Assembly (NCBI GenBank): GCA_964497615.1
Contig: CAZCEC010000018.1
Span: 1,176-65,175, forward strand
Direction of reading: 5' to 3'
Length of the DNA: 64,000 nt
Source of the DNA: an uncultured Anaerolineales bacterium
GTDB taxonomy: Bacteria; Chloroflexota; Anaerolineae; Anaerolineales; UBA6663
Part shown: one piece after another, positions 44,862 to 55,034 of the stretch
Numbering within the stretch: the stretch's first letter is position 1
Layout: the number at the start of each line of letters is the position of its first letter
The notes under the pieces: model-generated
The model's database searches: none
Told to the model about the DNA's origin: nothing
Seen by the model: only the letters and a program-made list of their open reading frames with translations
Program-made: the position numbers and the translations under genes

Positions 44862-46391
44862 TCAGGCGGCGGCCGCGCCAGCGGCGGCGAAGACCGGCTG
44901 GAGGGCGAAGTAGGCTTGCCGGTAGCGTTGATAGGGCGCGTGGTAGGCGCGCTGGCGGGCGGGGTCTGGCTCGAAGCGTTGATCAAGCTGCACCAACTGC
45001 TCGGCGGCTTCGGCGAGGCTGGCAAAGCGGCCCAGGCCCACCAGCGCCAGCAGGGCCGCGCCCAGGGCAGTGGTCTCGTGGATGGCGGGGACCAGCACGG
45101 GCAGGCCGCACACGTCGGCCTTGATCTGGTTCCACAGGGGGCTGCGCGCGCCGCCGCCCATTACGCGCAGTTCGGACACGTCCAGGCGCATGGCGCGCAG
45201 GCGGTCCACGATGTCGCGCACGGCATAAGCGGAGCCCTCGAGCACGGCCCGCGCGAAGTGGGCGCGGGTGTGGGCCAGGGTGAAGCCCAGCCACGCGCCG
45301 CGCATCTCCGGGTCCCAGGTGGGGGCCATCGCGCCCATCAGGCAGGGCAGGAACACGAGGCCGTCGCTGCCGGGAGGAACGGCGGCGGCCTGGGCGTCCA
45401 GGCGGGCATAGGCGGTTTGGGGTGTGCCGAGGGCGGCGTTGATCTCGGCCTGGCCGAAGTGATCGCGGTACCAGCGGAAGTTGCCGCCAGAGACAAAGCC
45501 GGGGTTCTCCAGCAGCCACTGGCCGGGGTCGGCGTGGCAGTGAGTTTCCAGCAGGCGGGTGTCGTCGAAGCGCGGCGCGGGCAGGGCGGCGCACACTGGC
45601 TCGGCGGTGCCGGCGATATCGCCCACGCGGCCGGGCGCGAGTATGCCGGCCCCCAGGCAGGCGGCGTGCTCGTCGCCGCAGCCGGCGAGCACCAGGGTGG
45701 CGGGCGTGAGGCCCAGCGCCTCGGCGGCGGCGGGCCGCAGGGGACCAAGCACCGTGGCGGCGGCGCACACCGGCGCGAGACGGGCCGGATCGACGCCAAA
45801 GGCAGCGCACAGGTCGGGCGCCCACCGGCGCTCGACGACGTCTAGCAGCAGGGTGGACGAGGCATTGGAGTAATCCACTGCCAGTTCGCCGCACAACCAG
45901 CGGGCCACAAAGCTCCCCGGCAGAAGGTAATGGGCGGTTTGCGCGTCAACGTGCGGCTCGTTGTCGGCGATCCAACGGATCTTGGGCGCGACGTGAGTCG
46001 GGTCGAGGTTGAGGCCGGTGCGGGCGAAGAGGCGGCCCGCATCCATCGCCTGCTCGGCTTGTGCGCATTGCGGGCCGGCCCGCCGGTCCATCCAGATGAG
46101 GGCCGGACGGAGCGGCTGGCCGGCGCCATCTACCGGCACGATCCCATCCACCTGGGCGGCGACGGCCAGCGCGCGGACGCTGGCGGCGGGCGCCTGGGCG
46201 GCATGCAGGGCGCGGCGGACGGCGCGCGCCAGGGCGGAGAGCCAGCGTTCGGCGGGCTGCTCGGCCCATAGGGGCGCCGGGTAGTCCACCGCGTAGTCTT
46301 CGGCGGCCTCGGCGGCCAGGCTGCCGGCGGCCGTCAACAGGATGGCCTTGGCGCTCTGCGAGCCGACGTCGCAGCCCAGCACATAGTCCAT
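44862..46391 (-). CDS. FGGY-family carbohydrate kinase
   Basis: Starts MDYVLGCDVGSQSAKAILL (ATG 46391). Contains the WMDRR motif and the GGGARSPLWNQIKADV C-terminal motif. Confidence 0.85.
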   Translation of the reverse strand: MDYVLGCDVGSQSAKAILLTAAGSLAAEAAEDYAVDYPAPLWAEQPAERWLSALARAVRRALHAAQAPAASVRALAVAAQVDGIVPVDGAGQPLRPALIWMDRRAGPQCAQAEQAMDAGRLFARTGLNLDPTHVAPKIRWIADNEPHVDAQTAHYLLPGSFVARWLCGELAVDYSNASSTLLLDVVERRWAPDLCAAFGVDPARLAPVCAAATVLGPLRPAAAEALGLTPATLVLAGCGDEHAACLGAGILAPGRVGDIAGTAEPVCAALPAPRFDDTRLLETHCHADPGQWLLENPGFVSGGNFRWYRDHFGQAEINAALGTPQTAYARLDAQAAAVPPGSDGLVFLPCLMGAMAPTWDPEMRGAWLGFTLAHTRAHFARAVLEGSAYAVRDIVDRLRAMRLDVSELRVMGGGARSPLWNQIKADVCGLPVLVPAIHETTALGAALLALVGLGRFASLAEAAEQLVQLDQRFEPDPARQRAYHAPYQRYRQAYFALQPVFAAAGAAAA

Positions 46392-46402
46392 CGGCGCTGA
46401 GC

Positions 46403-47245
46403 CTAGGCCTTCACCTGCCCGTTGACGGCCTCCATCAGTTCCTGATGGGCCTGGGAGGCCGGCCAGCCGTCGCGGAAAATGCGGCTGATGGCGCGAGTGA
46501 TGGCCTCCGGGTTCTGGTGCTGGAAGATGTTGCGGCCCACGGAGCAGCCGACGGCGCCCACGCTGCGGGCCTGGGCCATGCGGGTGAGCAGTTCCTCGTC
46601 GGAGATGAGGGAGCCGCCGGCCAGCACGACGGGCCGGTCGCAGGCGCGGATGATGTCGCCGAAGGAGGCGGCGTCGCCGGACCAGTTGACCTTGACGATG
46701 TCGGCGCCCATCTCGGCGCACAGGCGGGCGTTGCGTATGAGGTAGTCTGGACCGAGGCTGGCGGCCATGCTGTTGAGGCTCTGGTAGGCGTTGGGGTATT
46801 CGGCCTCGGCGATGAAGGGCATGCCCACGCGTTCGCAGGTCTCGCCGATGCTGGAGAGGTAGGCGATGGCGTCGGGCTCGTTCTCGCCGGCCAGGGCCAC
46901 GTAGACCACGACGGCGTCGGCGCCGATGCGCAGGGCCTCGTCCACCGAGCCAATGGCGGTGATGAGGGCGCCGCTGGGCCGGCCGGCGGCCGAGGCGGTG
47001 AGCATGAGGGCCAGCGAGGTGTCGCGGCGGAAGTCGCCGGCGAACTGCTTGGCGACGCCGCGGCCCAGCATGAGCACGTTCGCGCCGCCGGCAATCGCCT
47101 GCCGCACGCGGGCGCCGGTGTCGTACAGCCCATCGAGGAAGATGGGCGAGGTCATCCCGTGGTCTATGGCGCAGATGAGGCAGGTGTTGGTTTCGGCCTG
47201 GATAAGCCGCTGCATGCGGATGCGTTTGCCGGTCGAAGCAGACAT
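46403..47245 (-). CDS. Class I aldolase, DeoC/FbaB/LsrF (DhnA-type) family
   Basis: I prefer ATG 47245, with AAGGAG 8 nt upstream. Contains ICAIDHG, ADIVKVNWSG (candidate Schiff-base Lys) and VGRNIFQH. Confidence 0.75.
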   Translation of the reverse strand: MSASTGKRIRMQRLIQAETNTCLICAIDHGMTSPIFLDGLYDTGARVRQAIAGGANVLMLGRGVAKQFAGDFRRDTSLALMLTASAAGRPSGALITAIGSVDEALRIGADAVVVYVALAGENEPDAIAYLSSIGETCERVGMPFIAEAEYPNAYQSLNSMAASLGPDYLIRNARLCAEMGADIVKVNWSGDAASFGDIIRACDRPVVLAGGSLISDEELLTRMAQARSVGAVGCSVGRNIFQHQNPEAITRAISRIFRDGWPASQAHQELMEAVNGQVKA

Positions 47246-47257
47246 GAGCAATCTCCT

Positions 47258-48751
47258 TTATGGGTGGTGGGCGCAGGGTACTGCGCTGGGGGCGGGCGCG
47301 GGCAGTTCGTCTCGCAGCCACACGCGGGACCAAAGCGAGGCCGCATCCCAATTCAGAAACACGAATAGATCGCCGAGCGTGAGCCGGCGGCGGATAAGAG
47401 GAGCGCTGAAGAACGCAAAGCGCACATCGGCTTCGGCGGCGGGCGGGTCCAACTCGTCGAAGCGCAGGGGCGCGCCAGCCCGCTCCAGGATGAGGGCGGC
47501 CTGCCGCCAGGTGCGCAGCCGCTCCTGCAAGCCAGCCCGGGCGGCGGGCCAATGACGGAGGGCCGCGGCCGTGCGCTCGCGTTGGGCGTGCCAGGCGGCG
47601 AGTTTGAGCTGATAGTCGGCCCAGCACTCCTGGGCCACGCCGCCGCTGGGGTCGAGGGCACTAAAGGCGGCCTGGATTTTCGCCTGCATTGCGCCCGCGT
47701 CTGGGTAACAGGCTTCGAGGGTGACCTCAGCCGGGTCGAACTCGGCCAGGAATAACTCCCAGGCGCGGGTGGTGAGGGTGGTGGCGAGGGCGACCTGCGA
47801 GCCGTGCTGGGCCAGGGGGCGGCCGGCGCGCTCGGCTGCCAGATCGAGGACGTGCGAAACGACGTGCTCGAAGCCAGAGAGGGGGGCGGTGGCGTGCGAG
47901 AGCGACATCGCCAGCCCGGCGAGGGTGATGAGGCGGGCCAAGATCGAAACTGCCTCCAGTTCGCCCGCGCGGATGGCGGGGGCCTGCTCCAGCAGGATGT
48001 CATCAAGTGGTCCCATCAGGGTGCGGGCGAACTCAGTGTGGGTGTCGTCCAGGCCAAGCTGGTTGGCGAGGTACCAATCCGCGAAGCTGCCGCAGGCGGC
48101 CACCAGGTCGCCCACGCCCGCCGCCGTCATGCTGGCCGGGGCGTCGCGCAGAGTCTCCAGGTCGCACACCAGCACATCCGGGTAGCGCGAGGGCTGGGTG
48201 CGCTTGACGCCGCCGACGAAGACCGGGGCCATGTTGGAGGTGTAGGCGCTGACGCTGTTGGCGGTCTGGTAGACGACGAAGGGCAGGGGCGCGGCCTGGG
48301 CTTCCTTAGCCCACAGGAAGCAGGCGTGCTTGGCCACGTCCGTCACCGTGCCGGAGCCGACGGAGAGCACGGCCACGCCAGGGCGCAGGCGGGCCTGAAC
48401 CGACTCGATCTGGGGAAAGTCGGTGTGGACCTGGCCGGTGTGGTCGGGGGCCAGCCAAACAGGCTCGGGCTGCCAGCCGGCCGCGCGCAAGACGGAGAGG
48501 ACCTGGGGCTTGAGGTCCGCGCCAGCGCGCCGCATGGGGGTCTGATCCATGACCACGAGCAGGGGCTGATCGGGCCGCGCACCGGCCTCGGTGAGCAATT
48601 CCGGCAGGCGGAAGAGCGCGCCGCTCTCAAACACCATGGCGCGGATGGGCTGCGGCTCGCCGGCCGGATAGCCGGGGATCTGACGGATGAGGTCCCAGAA
48701 AGCGCCGCCGTGGGCGCCGCCGGTGGCGGGGTCGAAGGGCAGGCTAGGCAT
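47258..48751 (-). CDS. Iron-containing alcohol dehydrogenase / glycerol-1-phosphate dehydrogenase-like (DHQS-fold) protein
   Basis: 497 aa. VGSGTVTDVAKHA is a Gly-rich nucleotide motif and SGFEHVVSHVLD a metal-His region. Family-level assignment only. Confidence 0.6.
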   Translation of the reverse strand: MPSLPFDPATGGAHGGAFWDLIRQIPGYPAGEPQPIRAMVFESGALFRLPELLTEAGARPDQPLLVVMDQTPMRRAGADLKPQVLSVLRAAGWQPEPVWLAPDHTGQVHTDFPQIESVQARLRPGVAVLSVGSGTVTDVAKHACFLWAKEAQAAPLPFVVYQTANSVSAYTSNMAPVFVGGVKRTQPSRYPDVLVCDLETLRDAPASMTAAGVGDLVAACGSFADWYLANQLGLDDTHTEFARTLMGPLDDILLEQAPAIRAGELEAVSILARLITLAGLAMSLSHATAPLSGFEHVVSHVLDLAAERAGRPLAQHGSQVALATTLTTRAWELFLAEFDPAEVTLEACYPDAGAMQAKIQAAFSALDPSGGVAQECWADYQLKLAAWHAQRERTAAALRHWPAARAGLQERLRTWRQAALILERAGAPLRFDELDPPAAEADVRFAFFSAPLIRRRLTLGDLFVFLNWDAASLWSRVWLRDELPAPAPSAVPCAHHP

Positions 48752-49682
48752 GGACCTTTTCTTCCAGCAGGCCAGCCTGGAGCATCGAGCGGCGGATGCC
48801 GGCTAACTCGGCCTGCGCGAGGGGGAGCAGGGGCGGGCGCACGGCGATGTTCTCGATGACACCGAGGAGCGACAGGGCATACTTGGTGCGCGCGCGGTAG
48901 TCGGTGACGGGCGGGGCGAAGATGAGGTCGGCGAAGGGCTGGAGGCGCGCTCCCAGCGCCTGGCCCGCGGCGAAGTCCTGCTGGCGCACGGCGGCCAGCA
49001 TCTCCACCTGCTCGCGCAGGCCGAGGGTGGCGAAGCCGAGCAGCGCGCCGTCGGCGCCCAGCACGAAGGCCTCGTAGATGAAGTTGTCGTTGCCGTTGAG
49101 CAGGGCGATGGGCCGAGGGGCGGATTGGAGGGCGGCCTTGACCTGGAGGAAGCGCAGGGCGTCGAAGCTGGCCTCCTTGATGGCGGTGACGGTGGGGATC
49201 TCGATGAGCCGGTGGATGATCTCCGGTTCGAACAGCACGCCGCCGAGGGCAGGCTGAAGCTGGAAGAGGATGAGGGGCAGGTCCACTGCCTCGGCCACGG
49301 CGGCGTGATATTGATAGGGCACCTCCGGGTTGAGGGGTTGGCCGAGGTAGGCAGAGATGGGGAACATGAGCAGGGCATCGGCCCCGGCGGCCTGCGCGGC
49401 GCGGGCGTTGGCAATGCCCAGCGCTGTGGACGACCCGGCGATGCCGGCCACTACGCCGCAGCGGCCGGCCGCCGCCTCGGCCACCGTCTCGATGGTCAGG
49501 CGGCGCTCGTCGGGCGTGAGGTTGGGACCTTCGCCGGTGTCGGCGTTGACGGCCAGCGCCACGGGGCCTTGCGGGACGAGCCACTCGACGTAGCGGCGCA
49601 GGGCGGGGACGTCCACCTGGCCGTCCCGGGTGAAGGGGGTGACGATGGCGGGGATGAGGCCGTTAAGGTTGAGGGTTGGCAT
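48744..49682 (-). CDS. DapA/NAL-family (dihydrodipicolinate synthase-like) class I aldolase/dehydratase
   Basis: I prefer ATG 49682 (MPTLNLNGLIPAIVTPFTRDGQVD), with GGAGA 7 nt upstream. Contains GEGPNLT and TAIKEAS (candidate Lys). Confidence 0.8.
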   Translation of the reverse strand: MPTLNLNGLIPAIVTPFTRDGQVDVPALRRYVEWLVPQGPVALAVNADTGEGPNLTPDERRLTIETVAEAAAGRCGVVAGIAGSSTALGIANARAAQAAGADALLMFPISAYLGQPLNPEVPYQYHAAVAEAVDLPLILFQLQPALGGVLFEPEIIHRLIEIPTVTAIKEASFDALRFLQVKAALQSAPRPIALLNGNDNFIYEAFVLGADGALLGFATLGLREQVEMLAAVRQQDFAAGQALGARLQPFADLIFAPPVTDYRARTKYALSLLGVIENIAVRPPLLPLAQAELAGIRRSMLQAGLLEEKVHA

Positions 49683-50745
49683 GGGCAGTCTCCAAGACAG
49701 GGATAGCACGGCATTCGAGGGCGGAGGCGTACAAGGCCAGGATGGCGGCCAGGGCGCGGCGCGCATCGTGGCCGCTGGTGGGGGCGGGTTGGCCGGCCTG
49801 CACGGCGCGGGCGAAGTCGTCCACGGCGCGGGCAAAGACGTTCACCGGCGGGTTGGGCAGGGTGAGCCACTCGCCCGCGGGCAGATCGTTCCAGGGGCGG
49901 CGCCGGAACAGGCGCAGAGGATCGTCGGTGTAGGGGTCCGGCAGGCGCAACTGCCCCTCGGTGCCATACAGGTCGAAGCACTCATCGCCAGGCCGGGCGC
50001 CGGGCAGGTGCGCGCCCGCGATGAGGCTGCCGATGGCGCCGTTCTCGAAGCGCAGGGTGGCGGCGGCGGTGTCTTCCACCTCCACCTCGGGCGGGGCTTG
50101 CAGGGCATCAACCTCGCCCGTGATGCGGATGACCGGCAGACCGGTGACGTGCCAGAGCAGGTCCAGCAGATGGCTGGTGTTCATCAGCACCACGCCGCCG
50201 CCGGCCTCGGCGCGGCGAGCGCGCCAGGGGTTGGGGCTGCGGCCGGTGTAGCCCGCGCGCCAGTACGTGAGGGGCTTGTCGATCAGGGTTTGGATGCGCA
50301 CCGCCGTGATCTCGCCGAGGGCGCCAGCCTGCACCAGGGAGCGCGCGTGGACGTAGGCGGGGTGATGGCGCAATTCGTAGAACACGCCCAGCGCCAGGCC
50401 GCGCGAGGCGGCCAGCGCGATCAACTCATCGGCGCCGGCCAGGGTGAGGGCCAGTGGTTTTTCAACCAGGGCGGCTTTGCCGGCCAGCAGAGCAAGGCGC
50501 GCGAGGGCGGCGAGGCTGGCGTGGGGCACGGCGATGTAGACGGCGTCCACGCCGGGATGCTCGAGCAGGGCTTCGAGGCTCTCGGCGCAATCCACGCCAT
50601 AGCGGCCAGCGAGATCGCTGGCGAGCACGAGGTCGCGGTCGTATACCTGCGTGATGCGGGCGACGCTGGACTCGGCCAGGGCGGCGCAGACGGGCAGGGC
50701 GGCACTGCCGCAGCCGATGATGCCAAAGCGCACCCGCTCAGGCAT
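49663..50745 (-). CDS. Gfo/Idh/MocA-family NAD(P)-dependent oxidoreductase
   Basis: Starts MPERVRFGIIGCGSAA (ATG 50745). Contains the EKPLALT motif. Confidence 0.85.
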   Translation of the reverse strand: MPERVRFGIIGCGSAALPVCAALAESSVARITQVYDRDLVLASDLAGRYGVDCAESLEALLEHPGVDAVYIAVPHASLAALARLALLAGKAALVEKPLALTLAGADELIALAASRGLALGVFYELRHHPAYVHARSLVQAGALGEITAVRIQTLIDKPLTYWRAGYTGRSPNPWRARRAEAGGGVVLMNTSHLLDLLWHVTGLPVIRITGEVDALQAPPEVEVEDTAAATLRFENGAIGSLIAGAHLPGARPGDECFDLYGTEGQLRLPDPYTDDPLRLFRRRPWNDLPAGEWLTLPNPPVNVFARAVDDFARAVQAGQPAPTSGHDARRALAAILALYASALECRAIPVLETAHANPQP

Positions 50746-51697
50746 GGCGCGCCTCCAGCAGGAAAACGGCGTCACCCTCGCCGGCAGGGGGCAGCCACTC
50801 GCCATCGAGGCGGCCAATGTGAAACGGCGAGGCGTGCCGCACCTGGGCGCGGGTGGTGAAGGCAGCGCAGAAGCCGGCGCGGGCCAGGGCGGCGGGGGTG
50901 CGCTCGTCGAAGCCGCCGAAGGGATAGGCAAAGGCGAAGGGGCCGGGCGCGAGGCGGGCCAGCCAGGCCGCAGAGGCAGATGCTTCGCGCGCCAGGGCGG
51001 TGTCGTCCAGAAAGTCGAGCCAGGGATGGGTGGCGCTGTGGCCGCCAAAATGCATGCCGCCGGCCAGCATCTCGCGCGCCTGGGCGGGAGAGAGGAAGAG
51101 GCGGTCGGCCACTTCCAACTCGGGTCCGATGTGGGCGGCGAACAACTGCGCAAGGGCTGGCGCGGCCTCGCGGGCCAGTTCGCGTTGGAGCGTAACCCGA
51201 AAGGCTTCGGTGGGATTGTCGCGGGCGAAGGTGAAGGGGCCAGCGAGATGGGCCGCGGAGATGGCGGCCAGGCGCTGGCGCGCAGCGGCGTCGAGGCGCG
51301 CCTCCAGGCGCTCACGGAAACCGTCAAAGCCAAGCGCTGCGATCAGGAAGTGCAATTGGTGAGGCAGGGGCAGGCCCGCGCCCTCCTGGCGCGCCAGCGC
51401 GAAGAACAGGCCGGACAGGCCGCGCGCGCGGAGGCGCGGGAAGACGTTGAGATAGTGGTCGCTCACGCCGTCGTCGAAGGTGAGTGCGCAGGCGCGGGGG
51501 GGCAGCGCCGCCTCGCCCAGCAGATGGGCGCGCACCGCGGGCCAATCCACGAGGGTGTAACGCTCAGCCAGCAGATCAAGCTGGGCGTCGAAGAGGGCGG
51601 TGGGCAGGCCGAGGATGCCGGAGCCGGCCTCGGCCGCGTCGCCGGGGTCGCGCACATAGTGGTACATCACAACGGTCAGATCAAGCGGCCGGTCCAT
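50738..51697 (-). CDS. Polysaccharide deacetylase (NodB-homology, CE4-like)
   Basis: 319 aa. VMYHYV and LTFDDGVSDHY motifs, and HSATHPWL. Confidence 0.8.
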   Translation of the reverse strand: MDRPLDLTVVMYHYVRDPGDAAEAGSGILGLPTALFDAQLDLLAERYTLVDWPAVRAHLLGEAALPPRACALTFDDGVSDHYLNVFPRLRARGLSGLFFALARQEGAGLPLPHQLHFLIAALGFDGFRERLEARLDAAARQRLAAISAAHLAGPFTFARDNPTEAFRVTLQRELAREAAPALAQLFAAHIGPELEVADRLFLSPAQAREMLAGGMHFGGHSATHPWLDFLDDTALAREASASAAWLARLAPGPFAFAYPFGGFDERTPAALARAGFCAAFTTRAQVRHASPFHIGRLDGEWLPPAGEGDAVFLLEARHA

Positions 51698-51698
51698 G

Positions 51699-54029
51699 TC
51701 ACACGTCGAGGCGCAGGGTAATCAACTCACGTTCATTGCGGGCGCGCCAGGATCTGATAACGGCGGCGGGGACCGCGGCGGCGCCACACTCGACGGTGAC
51801 ATCCACGAGGCTGCCGTCGAGGGCCTCCACGCGGGCGCGCCGCAGTGGGCCGCCGATCCAGGCCGAGTCAAACTCAATGCCCGCATTCGTGAGCGCGGTG
51901 AGCGAGCCCGCTGGGCCGCGCACCAACTGGAAGATGGCGGGCGCTGAAAACGCGGCGACACCTTCAATTTGCTCTGCACCTGATCCGCTGAGGCACTGGC
52001 CGCCGGCCGCCACGCGCACCTGGCGAATGGCCGCGCCGGTGAAGGACACGCCGCCCACACTTACCTGCTCGGGCGGCGCGGCGCCGACGGCGGCGAAGGC
52101 TTCGTCGCCATCGGGCAGTGAGATGCGAAAGGCGCCATTGGGGGAGGCGGCGACGGCGACTTGCGCAAACTCAGCGGCGGGGTCGAAGGGGGCGGGGCGC
52201 GCCAGGCTGATGGCGGCCACGCAGCGCACGAGGGCGCTCGGCTCGGTCTCGCACACCAGGGGCTGCTCGGCGTAGGGGTAGGCCAGGTTCAGGTTGGACT
52301 GGCCGAGGAACGGGGCGCTGGCCTGCTGGCCGTCGTAGCCGAGCAAGCGGCGGATGCCAACGGCGCGGCCCTCGGCCTCGGCGTATTCCCAGCCGCTGGC
52401 CGGGTCCGAACGGCGCGTGACAGTGGTGGCCTGGGCGCAGCCAAGGGCGGCTGGGGCCTCAAAGGCCCGCACCGGGAAGGTGGGCTGGAGACGGGCGAGG
52501 CGCACTTGCCGGTCGCCCCACAGCAGCACCGCCGCCCACACGAGTTGAATCTCGTCCTCCACCATCTGCGGGAAGCACGCCCAGGAGAAGCCGGGGGCCA
52601 CGCCGCCGGTCAGGGTGTTCAGGCGGTGGCCGAAGGCGCGACCATCTCGGGTGAGGGATACCATGCCGTCCGGCGCTTGCGAGCCGCGCACCGCCGCCAC
52701 GTTGAAGGGGAAGTGGGTGCTGTAGGCCAACTTGCCGTACTTGGCGGCGTAGTGGTAGCCGGGGGCTTCGTGCTCCTGGCCGGCGCGGCTGTTGAGCAGC
52801 AGCACTTGGCCGGTGGCGCGCCGCCCGGAGACGACGAAGCCGGGGCCGGGCAGGACTACTTCGTAGTCATCCTGCTCGACCGGCAGGGGCGCCTCAGGCT
52901 CGGTCCAGAACGGGTCATCTGGGGCGAAGGCGAGGGCATACAGGCCGCGGCAGCACCAATAGACGGAGCCGGGGGAGATGTAGGGTTCGCCGGCCGGGGG
53001 GTAATGACCGTGGTAACCATTAGTGAGGTGATGATCCACCGGGTCGAACAGGCCGCGCTCGGAGAAGTAGCGCAGGCTGCCGCTGGACAGGCGGCGGAGC
53101 ACGCCGGGCGCGGCCGGGGCGATGCCCAACTGGTGCGCCACCTGGAAGCAGCCGGCGAGGGCGAAGCGATAGACGAGCGAACGCCCCCAGGCCGGGCAGA
53201 CGCCGTTGGCGCCGAAGAGGCGCAGGAAGCCAGCGAGGAAGGAGCGCGACCGGGCCAGCAAGCGGTCGCGGTACTCGGGCCGGCGGACGCCGTCGAGGGC
53301 CGCCCATTGGAGGTAGTGGCCGTTGAACATCCAGGCGTTGTACAGCTCGAACTCGTTCGCGATGCCGTCCACGTACCAACCGTCGCCGCGGTAGAACTCG
53401 GCCATGCGGTCCAGGCTGCTATCCAATTCGGCCAGGGGCACAGGCTGGCCCAGGCATAGGCGCACGGTCTGCGCCAGGGCGGGGAACATGTACCAGTTGT
53501 CAATGTAGACGCCGCGCCCATCCACCTGGGCGAGCCAGCGCAGCACCTGGGCCTGCTCGCCGGGGGTAAAGCGGTTGAACACACGCTCACGGGTGAGCCA
53601 CACCGCCAGGGCCAGGTCGGCGCTTTCCACGAGGCGCTGATCCATGTGCTCGATGTCACCCCAATAGGTGCGGGGGTCGTGCGGGTCGGTGCCTTCGAGC
53701 AGGCCCTGGCGCAGCAAGGCGGCCAGGTCCAGCGGGTGACCGTCCCACTCAATCACCTCCGGGTTGGCGGGCTGGCTGAGCCACGCTGCCCAGCCGGAGG
53801 CAATGCGGGCAAAAGACTCGATGCCGTCCACGCTGTCGGGCAGGCCGCGCCGGTCGTCCGGGTAGAGGGCGCGGGCGGGCGAGCCGGAGCGGGCGGCGGC
53901 CAGGGTGAAGCCGTAGGTCAGGCGCGCCAGCAGCGCCACCCAATGGGCGCGGGTCCAGCCGGTGAAGGGCGACTGGGCCGGATCGAGCGCGGAGGGTGCG
54001 CTGGGGGCGGGCGCGGCGGCGACGGTCAT
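51699..54029 (-). CDS. DUF2264-like protein with a long C-terminal extension (776 aa)
   Basis: The N-terminal half (SPFTGWTRAHWVALL..., DGWYVDG, YNAWMF, YISPGSVYWCCRG) matches my memory of DUF2264, an (alpha/alpha)-barrel-like family of carbohydrate loci. Its ATG overlaps the upstream stop (ATGA). Confidence 0.55.
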   Translation of the reverse strand: MTVAAAPAPSAPSALDPAQSPFTGWTRAHWVALLARLTYGFTLAAARSGSPARALYPDDRRGLPDSVDGIESFARIASGWAAWLSQPANPEVIEWDGHPLDLAALLRQGLLEGTDPHDPRTYWGDIEHMDQRLVESADLALAVWLTRERVFNRFTPGEQAQVLRWLAQVDGRGVYIDNWYMFPALAQTVRLCLGQPVPLAELDSSLDRMAEFYRGDGWYVDGIANEFELYNAWMFNGHYLQWAALDGVRRPEYRDRLLARSRSFLAGFLRLFGANGVCPAWGRSLVYRFALAGCFQVAHQLGIAPAAPGVLRRLSSGSLRYFSERGLFDPVDHHLTNGYHGHYPPAGEPYISPGSVYWCCRGLYALAFAPDDPFWTEPEAPLPVEQDDYEVVLPGPGFVVSGRRATGQVLLLNSRAGQEHEAPGYHYAAKYGKLAYSTHFPFNVAAVRGSQAPDGMVSLTRDGRAFGHRLNTLTGGVAPGFSWACFPQMVEDEIQLVWAAVLLWGDRQVRLARLQPTFPVRAFEAPAALGCAQATTVTRRSDPASGWEYAEAEGRAVGIRRLLGYDGQQASAPFLGQSNLNLAYPYAEQPLVCETEPSALVRCVAAISLARPAPFDPAAEFAQVAVAASPNGAFRISLPDGDEAFAAVGAAPPEQVSVGGVSFTGAAIRQVRVAAGGQCLSGSGAEQIEGVAAFSAPAIFQLVRGPAGSLTALTNAGIEFDSAWIGGPLRRARVEALDGSLVDVTVECGAAAVPAAVIRSWRARNERELITLRLDV

Positions 54030-55006
54030 CGGAAGGCGGGCATCACTTCGGCGGAGATGAGCTCCAGCTCGCGCATGATGTGGTCATGCGGCATGCCGGG
54101 GAAGTACAGGCGGCAGATGAGGTGATCCACGCCGAAAGTCTCCTCAAAGCGCTTGAGCTTGAGGATGCAGTCTTCGGGGCTGCCGACGATGAAGCGGTCG
54201 CGGCTGAGGGCTTCGAGCTGGTCCACCGGAGTGCTGTCCTGCGTGCCGATGAGGGGATGGTTCCAGCCGCCGTATTCGTCGCGGTAGTTGATCATCAGGT
54301 ACCTCTCGGCCAATTCCCAGGCGCGCTCGCGGGTGTCGGCGATGACGACCTCACGGGTGAGGGGTGAAGGCACGGCCGCCGGGTCCTTGCCGAACTCGAC
54401 CAGGTGGGCGCGATACTTGACCTGGGCATCGAGCAGTTTGTCGAGGTGGGCGGTGGGGCCAGGCACCCAGGCGTCGCCGAGTTGGGCGGCGCGCTTGAGC
54501 GACAACTCGCCCCAGCCGCCCAGCCACAGGGGCGGGGGCGCGGCCGGGCGCGGTTCGATGCGGCCGCGGACGGTGAAGTGGCGGCCGGCGAAGTTTACTT
54601 CTTCCTGCGTCCACAAGGCGCGCATGATCTGGAGCATCTCCACATACATGCCGCCGCGGCCATCCAGGGGCTGGCCGTAAAGCTCGAACTCCGGCGGGCG
54701 GTAGCCGATGGCGACGCCGAGGATGGCGCGCCCGCCGGACATGACATCGAGCAGGGCCACGTCTTCGGCCACGCGCACGGGGTGGTAGAAGGGCAGGACG
54801 ATGATGTCGGTGCCGAGGAGCAAGCGCTCGGTGCGGGTGGCGATGCCGGCCAGGGCCATCAGGGGCGAGGGCCAATAGTGGTTGCGGATGCCGTGGTGCT
54901 CCTCCAGCCAGATTGAATCAAAGCCCAGGGCCTCGCCGTGCAGGGCCTCTTCCAGGGCCTCCTTGAAGAACGGACCACCTTCGGTGGGGATGAAGCCAAA
55001 GCGCAT
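54026..55006 (-). CDS. LLM-class (luciferase-like) flavin/F420-dependent oxidoreductase
   Basis: I prefer ATG 55006 (MRFGFIPTEGG...LGFDSIWLEEHH), with GGGAGA upstream. Confidence 0.8.
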   Translation of the reverse strand: MRFGFIPTEGGPFFKEALEEALHGEALGFDSIWLEEHHGIRNHYWPSPLMALAGIATRTERLLLGTDIIVLPFYHPVRVAEDVALLDVMSGGRAILGVAIGYRPPEFELYGQPLDGRGGMYVEMLQIMRALWTQEEVNFAGRHFTVRGRIEPRPAAPPPLWLGGWGELSLKRAAQLGDAWVPGPTAHLDKLLDAQVKYRAHLVEFGKDPAAVPSPLTREVVIADTRERAWELAERYLMINYRDEYGGWNHPLIGTQDSTPVDQLEALSRDRFIVGSPEDCILKLKRFEETFGVDHLICRLYFPGMPHDHIMRELELISAEVMPAFR

Positions 55007-55034
55007 CGTGGTTGTCTCCCGTTGATTCAGGCCA